36,155 nt of DNA, taken from the NCBI GenBank assembly GCA_964416085.1, contig CAYQCO010000003.1:1-36155 (forward strand). Reading direction: 5' to 3'. A program made the translations under genes and the position numbers. Under the pieces are notes generated by a model. That model saw only the letters and a list, made by a program, of their open reading frames with translations. It had not been told where the DNA came from and ran no database searches. This stretch comes from an uncultured Lachnospiraceae bacterium (GTDB taxonomy: Bacteria; Bacillota; Clostridia; Christensenellales; UBA1242). Shown here piece after piece: positions 16,815-26,775 of the stretch. The stretch's first letter is position 1, and each line of letters begins with the position of its first letter.

Positions 16815-17519
16815 ATGTTTAAATTAATAAAAAAAATGTATGGAAAATTATTGCAAATTTTGAGCGCTGACGTGGACGATTTGGTCAACTATATTTTTTC
16901 CAACGAGTCACTTCCCGCACCACTAAAATCTGATGAAGAAGAGTTGTATGTCAAAATGCTGGACACACAAAATGAACTTGCGCGCAACAAATTGATTGAA
17001 CACAATTTGCGTCTTGTGTTGTATATTGCCAAGCGTTTTGAATCCAAAAAAATTGACCTTGAAGATTTGGTTTCTGTTGGAGTTATTGGTTTGGTCAAGG
17101 CGGTGGATTCTTTTAAGTTGGACAAAAATATCAAACTCGCAACCTATGCAAGCAGATGTATTGAAAACGAAATTTTGATGTTTTTGAGAAAAGTCAATCG
17201 CACACAAAATGAGATTAGTCTTGACGAGCCAGTCAATGTTGACGATGAAGGTAGCGAGTTGATGATTGCCGACATTATTCCTTCACCTGACGAGACCTAT
17301 GACATTGTTGAACTTAAAGACGACAAAAAATATTTGCTCTCCACTCTCTCAACTCTTGACGACCGCGAGCGACAAATTATTGCTCTTCGTTATGGGCTTG
17401 ACGGACAAGAAGAGTTGACTCAAAAAGAAGTCGCCGACCTGCTTCAAATTTCTCAAAGTTATATTTCGCGCCTAGAAAAAAAGATTTTGAAAAAACTCAA
17501 AATCTCTATGAGCGGTTAA
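16815..17519 (+). CDS. sigE: Mother-cell sporulation sigma factor pro-SigE
   Basis: Basic pro-sequence, ESLPAPL, LIEHNLRLV, IKLATYASRCIENEILM, TQKEVADLLQISQSYISRLEK. Confidence 0.92.
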   Translation: MFKLIKKMYGKLLQILSADVDDLVNYIFSNESLPAPLKSDEEELYVKMLDTQNELARNKLIEHNLRLVLYIAKRFESKKIDLEDLVSVGVIGLVKAVDSFKLDKNIKLATYASRCIENEILMFLRKVNRTQNEISLDEPVNVDDEGSELMIADIIPSPDETYDIVELKDDKKYLLSTLSTLDDRERQIIALRYGLDGQEELTQKEVADLLQISQSYISRLEKKILKKLKISMSG

Positions 17520-17522
17520 TAA

Positions 17523-20051
17523 TTATTTACAATCAAACCAAGATGGGCCGTAACTTATTGACACTTCGAGCGGAAGATTGAAGTCAACCACACTAGTCAT
17601 ATTGTCGTGCAAAAGTTGTTCGCAAATTTTTTCTTCACCCGGACAAACATCTAAAATAAGTTCATCGTGAATTTGCAAAATCAGTCGACTTTTTAGCCCT
17701 TTATGCTTTATGTCTTCTTGGACTTTTATCATTGCAAGTTTGATTATGTCAGATGCCGTTCCTTGAAGAGGCATATTGAGAGCCACTCTTTCGCCAAATT
17801 GACGTATCATATAATTGGTTGCTTTCAACTCTGGGATATGGCGGATACGGTTGAAATATGTTTTGGCATAACCATTTTCTTTTGCAAACTCAATGGATTT
17901 TTCCATATAAGTTTTTATTGTCGGATAATGATAAAAATATTTTTCAATAAATGCTTTTGCTTCTTTTGGTGAACATTTTATGTTTTGCGAAAGGCCATAA
18001 TCACTTATGCCATAGATTATTCCAAAGTTGACCGCCTTTGCAATTCTTCTTTGTTGAGAAGTTACATTTTCTGGCTCAATATCAAAGATTTTTGAAGCAG
18101 TCATTGAGTGAACATCCACTTTGTTGTTAAAATCTTTCAACAAATTTTCATCACCACTAAAAATTGCCATAAGTCTTAGTTCTATTTGATTGTAGTCGGC
18201 CGACATTATGCTGCCGCCGTCAAAACTTGACACAAACAGTTTTCTTAAAGACTTGCTTTCTTCATTCCTAACTGGAATATTTTGAAGATTTGGTTCCCTA
18301 CTTGATAGTCTGCCAGTTGAAGTAAAGTTTTGGATATATGTTGTGTGAATTTTGCTTGTTTTTTCTTCAATATATGGCAACATTCCGTCAAGATAAGTGC
18401 TGATTAGTTTATTGATTTGTCTATACCTCAAAATCAAGTCAACAATTTCGTTTTGGTCTTTTATGCTTTCCAAAACTTCGACGTTGGTACTTTTTTTGCC
18501 TTTGTAACTGAGTTTTAAATCTTCAAACAGCACTTTCATAAGTTGTTTTGGGGATTTGATATTAAACTCGCCACCAGCAAGAGCAAAAATTTTGGTTTCT
18601 AGTTCAGCGCTTTCTTGTTTATATTTGTCGCTAAGGCTCACAATTTCGTCAGCATTGATTTTTATCCCATCTTTTTCCATTTCAAACAAAACATCAACGA
18701 GTTTCAATTCAATGTTTTGATAAAGTTCCCACTGATTGCGCTCGTGCAGTGTTTGAGTGAGTTCTTTTTTTAGTTTCAACAAATTGCAGGCAGGGAAATT
18801 CTCGTCAAGGCCTTTGCTTTTTTCTATTGTTTCAATTTTTTGAGTGCCTTCGCTTTCGCCTGCCACATAAATTGCAAGTGATACGTCAAAAAAGTTGTTG
18901 ATTTTTATGTTTAGGTTGTGGAAATAGTGCTTCATTTCTTTGCTATCAAAAAGCACTTTTTCTATTTTTTCGTCATTTAAAATTTGTTTTGTGTCGTTTA
19001 AAATTTCTTCGCTAAAAAACAGCAGATTGTCAATCACGTATTCGGTTTCGCCAGTAGAAAAACTGACATCTTTTTCGCTTTGATACATCGCAAAATATTT
19101 TTTGTCATTGATTTCGTCAAAAAGTTTTTTGGCATCATCCATAGTTTCTATTTGCACTTTGATGTGATTGTGTTGTTGAGTTGCAACTTCTTCGCTTGCA
19201 ACAAACAGGTCCTTGCGATTGATTATTGTATTAAATTCAAATCGTTTCATCATATCAAACACGTTTGAATTAAACGGAAAATCATATGTGCAATCTTCAA
19301 TATTATAGTCAAGTTCGACATCCGTTTTGATAGTTGCAAGGGTCTTTGAAATGTAGGCCATATCTTTTTGTTCGATCAAAAGTTGTTGAGTTTTGCCCTT
19401 GATTTCGTCAATATGCTCATAAATTCCGTCAAGAGTTGTGTAAGCATCCAAAAGTTTTAGTGCGGTTTTTTCACCTATGCCCTTAACTCCCGGAATGTTG
19501 TCGCTTGTGTCTCCCATTATTGACTTCATCTCTATCACTTGGAATGGCGCAATGCCATATTTTTCTTTTAGTGTTGGGATATTTACTTCCAAAATATCTG
19601 TTATGCCTTTTTGAGTGAGCCAAACGGTCGTTTTTTCGTCAACAAGTTGCAACAAATCCCTATCACCTGACACGACTATTGCAGGGCGAGAAAACTTTTT
19701 GACAGTTGAGCCTATCAAATCGTCCGCTTCAATATCTTTCATCTCGACAACTTTTATGCCCATTTCTTTTAACAATGCTTTTAGGGGTGCAAGTTGAAGA
19801 GCGAGTTCTTCTGGCATTGGTTTTCTTGTGCCTTTGTATCCGTCAAAAATGTCGTGGCGAAAAGTGTGCTTGCCAGCATCAAAAGCAATAACCATATATT
19901 TTGGTTGCAGTTTTTCTATAATGTTGATGAGCATTTTGGAAAAGCCATAAATTGCATTGCAAGGCTCTCCTTGTTTGTTCATAAGTGGTGGCAACCCGTA
20001 AAATGCCCTAAACACCAAACTATTGCCGTCTATTACTACTAAATCTTCCAT
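17523..20051 (-). CDS. polA: DNA polymerase I
   Basis: IDGNSL.FRAFY 5' nuclease, TGRLSS.EPNLQNIP, ADYNQIELR, AKAVNFGIIYG, LQIHDEL. Confidence 0.98.
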   Translation of the reverse strand: MEDLVVIDGNSLVFRAFYGLPPLMNKQGEPCNAIYGFSKMLINIIEKLQPKYMVIAFDAGKHTFRHDIFDGYKGTRKPMPEELALQLAPLKALLKEMGIKVVEMKDIEADDLIGSTVKKFSRPAIVVSGDRDLLQLVDEKTTVWLTQKGITDILEVNIPTLKEKYGIAPFQVIEMKSIMGDTSDNIPGVKGIGEKTALKLLDAYTTLDGIYEHIDEIKGKTQQLLIEQKDMAYISKTLATIKTDVELDYNIEDCTYDFPFNSNVFDMMKRFEFNTIINRKDLFVASEEVATQQHNHIKVQIETMDDAKKLFDEINDKKYFAMYQSEKDVSFSTGETEYVIDNLLFFSEEILNDTKQILNDEKIEKVLFDSKEMKHYFHNLNIKINNFFDVSLAIYVAGESEGTQKIETIEKSKGLDENFPACNLLKLKKELTQTLHERNQWELYQNIELKLVDVLFEMEKDGIKINADEIVSLSDKYKQESAELETKIFALAGGEFNIKSPKQLMKVLFEDLKLSYKGKKSTNVEVLESIKDQNEIVDLILRYRQINKLISTYLDGMLPYIEEKTSKIHTTYIQNFTSTGRLSSREPNLQNIPVRNEESKSLRKLFVSSFDGGSIMSADYNQIELRLMAIFSGDENLLKDFNNKVDVHSMTASKIFDIEPENVTSQQRRIAKAVNFGIIYGISDYGLSQNIKCSPKEAKAFIEKYFYHYPTIKTYMEKSIEFAKENGYAKTYFNRIRHIPELKATNYMIRQFGERVALNMPLQGTASDIIKLAMIKVQEDIKHKGLKSRLILQIHDELILDVCPGEEKICEQLLHDNMTSVVDFNLPLEVSISYGPSWFDCK

Positions 20052-20063
20052 TTTGTTCTCCTA

Positions 20064-21128
20064 TTATATTCCGCTATTTGTTTCTGTGTGTGTTATTTTT
20101 GCTTTGATTGAATCATAAATTGTAAAAATCAACCAATAAAATCCTACTGTTGCAAGCAATATTGGGACCGAAATCCACGCGGAATGGATTAGCGCCGAAT
20201 TGCTTATTTGAAGTGAGAAAGCAACAAGCATACCTGAGGCCAAAAATATTGACCCTAACACGAATATTGGGAGCATATCGTTTTCACTTCTTATAATTGC
20301 TATGGTTAAAATCAATGCTGCTGCTATTATTGAATATATCAACAAAAATCTTCCTGCAATCATTTTGTTTTCGGTTGCAACGAACTCGCCGTCACGCAAA
20401 ATTATTTTCATTGTTTTGTCTTTTACATAAGATGTATTTTTGAATGTTGTTTTTATCTCGACATCTTGTGTTCCGTCAAAATAACGGAAAGTAACTTCGC
20501 ATTTGTCGTCCAATTCTTCTACATATTCGTCATCTTCGTAATGGCCGGTTGTGGTGGTTAGGTCGACAACTTCAACCACTTCTGCCTCGACAATTGTGTA
20601 TTCGTCACTCTTGTATTTTGTCACCATTTTGGAATAAAATACTAGGCCTGCCACGACAAATGCAAGGCTCAGCACACATCCAAGAATTTTTGTAACAATA
20701 TTTTGGGCTATTGAATATCTTGATTGATTGTTTTTGTTGTCTTCATTGACATTGGAAATTTTGTCCTTGTCTAGCATTTCCAAATAACTTTGAGTTTCTT
20801 CACTATTTATCTGTGAGCGAGTGGGATTTTGTGGGTTTGTGTCGTGATTTATTAAATTTTTGATATTGCCATAAATGATGAACAATACAATAATAAATGG
20901 AACAATGTTGAATCCAGAAAAAACTCCATTGCACCATTGAACAATTGTGAATATGAGCAATGGAACACAGCAAACTATAAAGCAAATTAGTTCTTCAATT
21001 GTTTGTTTGCGACTTTTTTCTTTTATTTCTGTGACCTTTTCTTTATGCGCATTTTCTTCTTCTACAAACATTTGTGTTTTTGCACGTTTGTATTCTTCAT
21101 AGCGTTCTTGCTTGTCGTTTTCTTCCAT
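20064..21128 (-). CDS. Multi-pass membrane protein, function unknown (354 aa)
   Basis: About six hydrophobic segments; AAGGAG RBS before 21128; the longer start lies in repeat A. Confidence 0.8.
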   Translation of the reverse strand: MEENDKQERYEEYKRAKTQMFVEEENAHKEKVTEIKEKSRKQTIEELICFIVCCVPLLIFTIVQWCNGVFSGFNIVPFIIVLFIIYGNIKNLINHDTNPQNPTRSQINSEETQSYLEMLDKDKISNVNEDNKNNQSRYSIAQNIVTKILGCVLSLAFVVAGLVFYSKMVTKYKSDEYTIVEAEVVEVVDLTTTTGHYEDDEYVEELDDKCEVTFRYFDGTQDVEIKTTFKNTSYVKDKTMKIILRDGEFVATENKMIAGRFLLIYSIIAAALILTIAIIRSENDMLPIFVLGSIFLASGMLVAFSLQISNSALIHSAWISVPILLATVGFYWLIFTIYDSIKAKITHTETNSGI

Positions 21129-21191
21129 TTTGTTCTCCTTATTTAATAATACAAAATTATGGTTGGTTTTGTCAAACGAATTGAGAGACTT

Positions 21192-21283
21192 GGGGGCGGA
21201 AGCAACGCTCACAAAGTGAGCGTTTGACTTGTCCGCCGCAGGCGGACAAGGGGGCACGCCTTGTGGCGTGCACTTCCGCCCCC
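21192..21283. repeat. Cloverleaf palindromic repeat family A
   Basis: GGGGGCGGAAG/CTTCCGCCCCC; near-identical to the 5398 copy. Confidence 0.9.
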
Positions 21284-21340
21284 TGCCCATTCACCTACAC
21301 AACAAAAAAGAGAGAGCATTCTCTCTTTCTCATATGTGCA

Positions 21341-22177
21341 TTAATTCAAATACTCCAACTTTTTGCCATAAACCCTTTCATAGACTTCAACCCACATATC
21401 ATAATTTTTTTGTTGCATTTCTTGCACGTTTTCTTTGTATGATTTGTTGTCATCCTTATAAATTGGTGGCAAAACGTGAATTGTATATCCACTGGTCGAG
21501 TCTTTTTCAAAAGTGATAAAAATTGGAACAACTGGAACATTGTTTTTTACCGCAAACTTGTATGCCCCGTCTTTAAGTGGTTTTGGTTTTTGGTAGTCAG
21601 GCCATAAACTTTCTTCTGGATAAATCAATATATTGTCACCATTTTGAAGAGCAGTTTTTACTGCGACTACAAATTTTTTCATAGTGGCAAGATTGTTGCT
21701 CAGTGGCAAAGTGTTGCAGTTTTTGAAGAAAAACTTTAAGCAAGGTGGATTTGTGTAATTGCCTTCACGAATAACTTTCCACATTTTTTGACCTTTTCTT
21801 TGTGTCTTTTCAAACACTTTTTGCATACAAAAATTGTCCATCCAGCTAAAATGATTGCAAGTTAGCACTGCTCCTGTTGTCACATTTTTCAAGTTTTCAA
21901 TACCTACAATGTCATTTATGATTAGTTGTTTTTTCTTGATTAAATTTTTTATGTATCTACTTGCCAAAAAGTTGGCAAAATTTCTTTTTGCCTTATTTAT
22001 CCATTTTTTTCTTAAATAATCAATTTTTTCTGGTTTCAACTCAAATGTTGGTGGGTCATCATTTATATCTATATCAAACATTTTGTTTTTTTCTAGATAT
22101 TCTATTTTTTGCTGTTGTGATAGATTTTCCCAATCACAATTTTTCTTCCAATCTTCCATATTTTTTCCTTCTATCAT
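21341..22177 (-). CDS. Lysophospholipid acyltransferase (PlsC-like); start may be 22159
   Basis: NHFSWMD (HX4D), IYPE, KDGA..FA, VPVVP. Confidence 0.88.
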   Translation of the reverse strand: MIEGKNMEDWKKNCDWENLSQQQKIEYLEKNKMFDIDINDDPPTFELKPEKIDYLRKKWINKAKRNFANFLASRYIKNLIKKKQLIINDIVGIENLKNVTTGAVLTCNHFSWMDNFCMQKVFEKTQRKGQKMWKVIREGNYTNPPCLKFFFKNCNTLPLSNNLATMKKFVVAVKTALQNGDNILIYPEESLWPDYQKPKPLKDGAYKFAVKNNVPVVPIFITFEKDSTSGYTIHVLPPIYKDDNKSYKENVQEMQQKNYDMWVEVYERVYGKKLEYLN

Positions 22178-22224
22178 ATGTTCATTTTAGCAAAATAAGG
22201 ACTGCTAGGCAATCCTTAATTTTT

Positions 22225-23232
22225 TTATGTATTTGCTGGTTGAGTGTCATAAGCAGGTTCAAAATCTTCGTCTTCGTCACCGCTTGCATTTTTTACAAAC
22301 AAATTGTAATAATTGTTTGGGTCCTTTGCTTCTTCTGCTGCGAGTTTCAAAAGTCTTGCACCACCCTCAGCATCTCTTTTTATTGCTTCTTGTGAATAGT
22401 TTGCTTTGATGTTCAAAATGTCTTGATAATAACTGCTCTTCTTTGCACATTCCCAAAACAATTCATCAAACAAAATATTGTCAACGTGCCAAGGTTTTGC
22501 ACTCAAATTGTAATGGATAAGGTTCAACTTGCTTGTGTCCATACAACCATTTGGGAATGGCATTTTGTTCCAATTCCCGTTTACATAAGTTACTCTATCT
22601 TTGCAAATAACATTGAGATAGTCTTGGTCTTGCGCAACTCTAAATGTATATTTTGAAAGAAGTTGAACAAACTTTTCTTCAAAATTATAATCTCTAAGTT
22701 CTTTTAGGTTCATAACCAAAATTCCAGCATTGAAATATTTTGGTCCAGCAATTCCCAAAGCATTTTCAACATAATCCACAAATTCTGGTGTAAGTTGCAC
22801 TGCTTCGTCAGTAGTTGCACCAATCAAATTGCTACCCAAGAATGTGTTGTAAAGTTTTGAAATGTCGCCCTTTATAATAATGTCCGCATCAAGATACAAG
22901 CATTTGTTGTATTGTGGGAACATTTTTGGGATAAACAATCTAAAATATGTTGTCTTTGAGAAATAGTCTCTTGTATGTAGTTTGTCAGCAAGAGCAAACA
23001 TATGACGAGATACGTCAACAAATTCAACATTGACATTTTCACTATTGAAAGCCTTAAATCTTTGTATATTTTCTTCTTTTATTCCTGTATTCAAAATTTT
23101 GATTGAATAATTGTATGCTTTTGAAGCATTGTCAAGCATTGACCTAATAGCGACTGACAACACAGGAATATAGTTGTCGTCTACTGCAAAAAATATTGGT
23201 ATTTCCTTTTTATTTGTAATTTTCTTTTCCAT
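22225..23232 (-). CDS. Glycosyltransferase family 8
   Basis: FAVDDNY, TYFRL, LYLDAD, YFNAGILVMNL, DQDYLN, IHY...KPW. Confidence 0.93.
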   Translation of the reverse strand: MEKKITNKKEIPIFFAVDDNYIPVLSVAIRSMLDNASKAYNYSIKILNTGIKEENIQRFKAFNSENVNVEFVDVSRHMFALADKLHTRDYFSKTTYFRLFIPKMFPQYNKCLYLDADIIIKGDISKLYNTFLGSNLIGATTDEAVQLTPEFVDYVENALGIAGPKYFNAGILVMNLKELRDYNFEEKFVQLLSKYTFRVAQDQDYLNVICKDRVTYVNGNWNKMPFPNGCMDTSKLNLIHYNLSAKPWHVDNILFDELFWECAKKSSYYQDILNIKANYSQEAIKRDAEGGARLLKLAAEEAKDPNNYYNLFVKNASGDEDEDFEPAYDTQPANT

Positions 23233-23242
23233 AATTTTCCTT

Positions 23243-24004
23243 TTAACCCCTTTTAAAATTGTTATTTTTTAATCTTTCGCACATTGTTTGATAGATTCGA
23301 TTTCTCAAATCTTCTTGTTGACTTTTTTCATCCATAGTTCTGTCTAGTCTGAATGGTCCGTCAACATAGACCACGATTTTTGGCTTTTTGCCTTTTCCTT
23401 GCTGATACGTTGTAGTGAATGAGAATGAGTCTTCCACAAACTTTACTGGGTATCTAAAACTTGTGCTTGAATAAGGCTTTAATGTGTCGCCCTTTTTGAA
23501 ATCTTCTTCTGGGAAGATCAAGACTGCATTGCCTTCTAGCACTCGCTTTTCGATGCAATTCATAAAGTTTCTGTTGCCATTGAGCAAGGTTGGCACTGGG
23601 ATAACCCCCAAAGAGTTGCCAATATTCCCCAACATTGCATTGCTCAAATTGTCAGTGTGTGCTATGGTGTAAACCCTTTTGGGAAGCAGTGCAATGTGTG
23701 GTGCTATTACATCACTCATATTGTCCGTTCTGTTGGCATAGATGAAATAGCCCTTGTTCTTACATTCTTTCAACACTTTTTTGTTTTCAAATTTGATATG
23801 TTTTATCATCTTTGATTGAATAAAAGCAAAAGGTGTTGCCAAAATTCTATAATTAATGAATGATGAAAGTTTCTTGAACATATTATTAGATAAATACTTG
23901 TAGTTTTTGTCAATCTGCTTTTTCGATTTTAGTTTGCGGGCCTTGTGTTGCACTGGCGGACACAAACATACTTCGACTTTTTCATTGTTTGAACTCATAG
24001 CCAT
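23243..24004 (-). CDS. PlsC-like acyltransferase homolog, catalytic His apparently absent
   Basis: GYFIYANRTDNMSD in place of NH..D; LIFPE retained; same operon as GT8 and the intact paralog. Confidence 0.75.
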   Translation of the reverse strand: MAMSSNNEKVEVCLCPPVQHKARKLKSKKQIDKNYKYLSNNMFKKLSSFINYRILATPFAFIQSKMIKHIKFENKKVLKECKNKGYFIYANRTDNMSDVIAPHIALLPKRVYTIAHTDNLSNAMLGNIGNSLGVIPVPTLLNGNRNFMNCIEKRVLEGNAVLIFPEEDFKKGDTLKPYSSTSFRYPVKFVEDSFSFTTTYQQGKGKKPKIVVYVDGPFRLDRTMDEKSQQEDLRNRIYQTMCERLKNNNFKRG

Positions 24005-24166
24005 CTCCTTTTGTTTTCATTGCCTATTATACTGATTTTAAAAAAAAATCCAAGCAAAAATGACAAATTTCGCTATAATCTTAAATTCCTAAAAGTAGAA
24101 CTCTACCACCTGAAAAGTAGAGTAAAAAATTCACTCTACTTTTTGTAGAAAAATCTTTTAAAATGC

Positions 24167-24195
24167 TTGATTTTGTAGTTGTTTGGGTGTATAAT
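24167..24195 (+). promoter_or_regulatory. sigmaA promoter for the XRE gene (probably leaderless transcript)
   Basis: TTGATT, 17 bp, TATAAT; 6 nt before ATG 24202. Confidence 0.65.
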
Positions 24196-24201
24196 TGTAG
24201 T

Positions 24202-24777
24202 ATGGAAGAATTAAGAATGGTGATCGCAAACAACCTTATGAATTTGCGCAAGGCAAGCAAGTTGACCCAACTTGAACTTGCTGAAAAGTTGAATTATTCA
24301 GACAAAGCAATCTCAAAATGGGAGCGTGGAGAGAGTTTGCCTGACGTTATTTTGCTGAAACAAATTGCTGATATGTATAATGTCAGCATTGACTATATGA
24401 TGCAAGAGCACACTTTTGATGATGCAAAAAAGCACAAACCAAAGGCCAAACTCAACAACAAACTTATCATTACACTACTCTCCTGCCTTGTTGTTTGGGT
24501 GTGTGCGACAATCATTTATGTCAATCTTACTTTGATTATGAAAATCAATTATTGGATGATTTGGCTATGGGCATTGCCTGTGACTGCAATCGTTCTTATT
24601 GTTTTTGCATCCATTTGGGGCAAACGTTGGCAGATTATTACATCGGTTAGTGTCCTTGTTTGGAGTTTGCTCGCAAGTTGCTATTTGCAATTTTTGAAAT
24701 ACAACATTTGGACAATTTTCTTGCTTGGAATTCCTTTGCAAATTGCAACTCTTCTTTCTGGCAAGATGAAAAAATAA
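24202..24777 (+). CDS. XRE-family HTH regulator with C-terminal TM helices
   Basis: LRK..KLTQ.ELAEKLNYSDKAISKWERG...PD, then four hydrophobic segments. Confidence 0.9.
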   Translation: MEELRMVIANNLMNLRKASKLTQLELAEKLNYSDKAISKWERGESLPDVILLKQIADMYNVSIDYMMQEHTFDDAKKHKPKAKLNNKLIITLLSCLVVWVCATIIYVNLTLIMKINYWMIWLWALPVTAIVLIVFASIWGKRWQIITSVSVLVWSLLASCYLQFLKYNIWTIFLLGIPLQIATLLSGKMKK

Positions 24778-24795
24778 ATTTTAGGGGTTTAATTA

Positions 24796-25422
24796 ATGCG
24801 TGGAGACAACATTAATACTTATCAATACAATTCTGAGCGGAATCACACACTATCATCAGTCAAAAGATATTTGATAATTGCATTGTTTTGCATATCGCTT
24901 CTTTGGGTCATTATGGGTATTTCGCTCATTTCAACCAATTACAAAAACCGCCTTTCTTCTATTGAAGAAGATTGGGTAAAAACTCACAAAATAATAAAAG
25001 TTGGTTATGATACAAGCAGAGAGTATCACGTTCAAGGGACAATCAAAGAGATTTGTTATAGCCAAAAATATGAGCGTTATTACTTTGTTTATGAGTTTGG
25101 CAACAATTTTTATAACAATATAACCGCACAAACCTATTGCGTATACACAAAAGACGACTTGGAAACCTACGGAATAGCGCAAGGCAAGACAATTTGGATA
25201 GCAATTAGCACTGAAAATACGTCTGTTATTGACAAGTGTGATTCTGCTCCTTTCAATCTTAAAAACTTTTCTGTAACTGATGATGGAGAATATATTTATT
25301 ACAAAAATTTGGCAAAACAAAACAAAAAAGTGGGCTTGATTTTCATTCCACTATCCTGCCTGTCTGTTGCAATATCTTCAACATTGTGGTTTGTTTGTTC
25401 AAAAAACAAACAAAAAGATTAA
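24796..25422 (+). CDS. Two-TM membrane protein, paralog of the next gene
   Basis: Shares TYC.YT..D, IAIS, DS.P...NFS.TDDGEY and LA..NK..G with 25475-26425. Confidence 0.8.
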   Translation: MRGDNINTYQYNSERNHTLSSVKRYLIIALFCISLLWVIMGISLISTNYKNRLSSIEEDWVKTHKIIKVGYDTSREYHVQGTIKEICYSQKYERYYFVYEFGNNFYNNITAQTYCVYTKDDLETYGIAQGKTIWIAISTENTSVIDKCDSAPFNLKNFSVTDDGEYIYYKNLAKQNKKVGLIFIPLSCLSVAISSTLWFVCSKNKQKD

Positions 25423-25474
25423 ATTATTTGTAAATTTATAAAATATATGTTAAATTAGTTTTAGGAGGTAGTAT

Positions 25475-26425
25475 ATGCCATCAGGTTCACGTGGAGGCGG
25501 TGGAGGTTCTCACTTTGGAGGCGGTTCAAGTCATTCGGGCGGAGGTTCGCATTTTGGCGGTAGCAGGCCAAGTTATTCATCTGGGAGTTCGCATTATGGT
25601 TCTTGGTCTTTTGGCGGTGGTCCAAGAGCACCGAGAGGCCCAAGAGTGCCAAGGGGCCCGTTGGGTTTCCGTTGGGGCAGGAATTATTATTCAATGTCGT
25701 CTGCCAAAGGTTTTTTGGTCATATTCTTGCTCGTAATATCAATTATTACTGGTATTGCCGGTGCGGGACTTATTGCTTCAAACTATGAAGATGAATTGTA
25801 TACAATTTGTCAAGATTATGTATATTATCATCAAATGGCGGAATACGCCCAAAGCAACAGCAATTATCAAACAACTGCCACAATTACTGGTATCTATAAA
25901 AGATTTAACGATAAGTGGTATTATGAATATAGTTTTAAAATGTATCCAAACAACCCGTCCAATTCAAGAAAAGTTGACGGCTACACCTATTGTTTGTATA
26001 CTGATGAAGATGTAACAAACAGAACTATTGCTGTTGGCAAAGAGATTACTATTGCAATTTCCGACAATGTAAACTATATTACGTCTGATACTGACTCTGT
26101 GCCTATGGATATTGTGAATTTTAGTTCAACAGACGACGGCGAATATCAAATGTATGACAAGTTGGCACGAGAAAATAAAAGGAGCGGAATTATTGCTTTT
26201 ATTGTTGCCGTAATCTTGTTTGGCACGACAGTCACCCTTTGGATTGTATTCTTGAAAAAGGTTGACAAAGAAGAATATGAAAAATCAAAATCAGGTGACA
26301 GCAGTTCCTCTTCAATCAACATTGACACCAAGCCAAAATCCAAATATTGCTCTTATTGTGGTTCATTGCTTGACCCTGATGCAACGTCTTGCTATAGTTG
26401 TGGCGCCAAAATAAGCAAGGAATAA
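25475..26425 (+). CDS. Membrane protein with Gly/Ser-rich N-terminus and C-terminal zinc ribbon
   Basis: GGGGSHFGGG repeats, two TM segments, CSYCG...CYSCGA; AGGAGG RBS. Confidence 0.85.
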   Translation: MPSGSRGGGGGSHFGGGSSHSGGGSHFGGSRPSYSSGSSHYGSWSFGGGPRAPRGPRVPRGPLGFRWGRNYYSMSSAKGFLVIFLLVISIITGIAGAGLIASNYEDELYTICQDYVYYHQMAEYAQSNSNYQTTATITGIYKRFNDKWYYEYSFKMYPNNPSNSRKVDGYTYCLYTDEDVTNRTIAVGKEITIAISDNVNYITSDTDSVPMDIVNFSSTDDGEYQMYDKLARENKRSGIIAFIVAVILFGTTVTLWIVFLKKVDKEEYEKSKSGDSSSSSINIDTKPKSKYCSYCGSLLDPDATSCYSCGAKISKE

Positions 26426-26634
26426 AAAAACAAAATTAGTTGCTTGAAAATAATGAGCAAAAATTGGATATGCAAAAAATAGTTGTTTGAAAAATAGTCA
26501 CAAAAAATCAAACATACAAAAAAATATGCGGAAAATAGTTGTTTGAAAAAATATATAAAAAAATTAAAAAATATTATCAAAAGTGCTTGATAATATTTTT
26601 TTTGTGTGCTATAATAAAGAGCAAATTGAATTAA

Positions 26635-26720
26635 GCCGGTGTGGCGAAATGGCAGACGCACAAGACTCAAAATCTTGCGAGAGCAATCTCATGACGGTTC
26701 GACCCCGTCCACCGGCACCA
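26635..26720 (+). tRNA. tRNA-Leu (CAA)
   Basis: GCCGGTG acceptor stem, CAAGA-CTCAAAA-TCTTG anticodon arm, long variable arm, TTCGA, CCA end; TTGATA-17-TATAAT upstream. Confidence 0.97.
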
Positions 26721-26724
26721 AACA

Positions 26725-26758
26725 AAAAAAATCCTTATCGCAAGATAGGGATTTTTTT
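26725..26758. terminator. Bidirectional terminator
   Basis: AAAAAAATCCTTATC-GCAA-GATAGGGATTTTTT between converging genes. Confidence 0.85.
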
Positions 26759-26775
26759 GTTTGTATTTTTCACTT

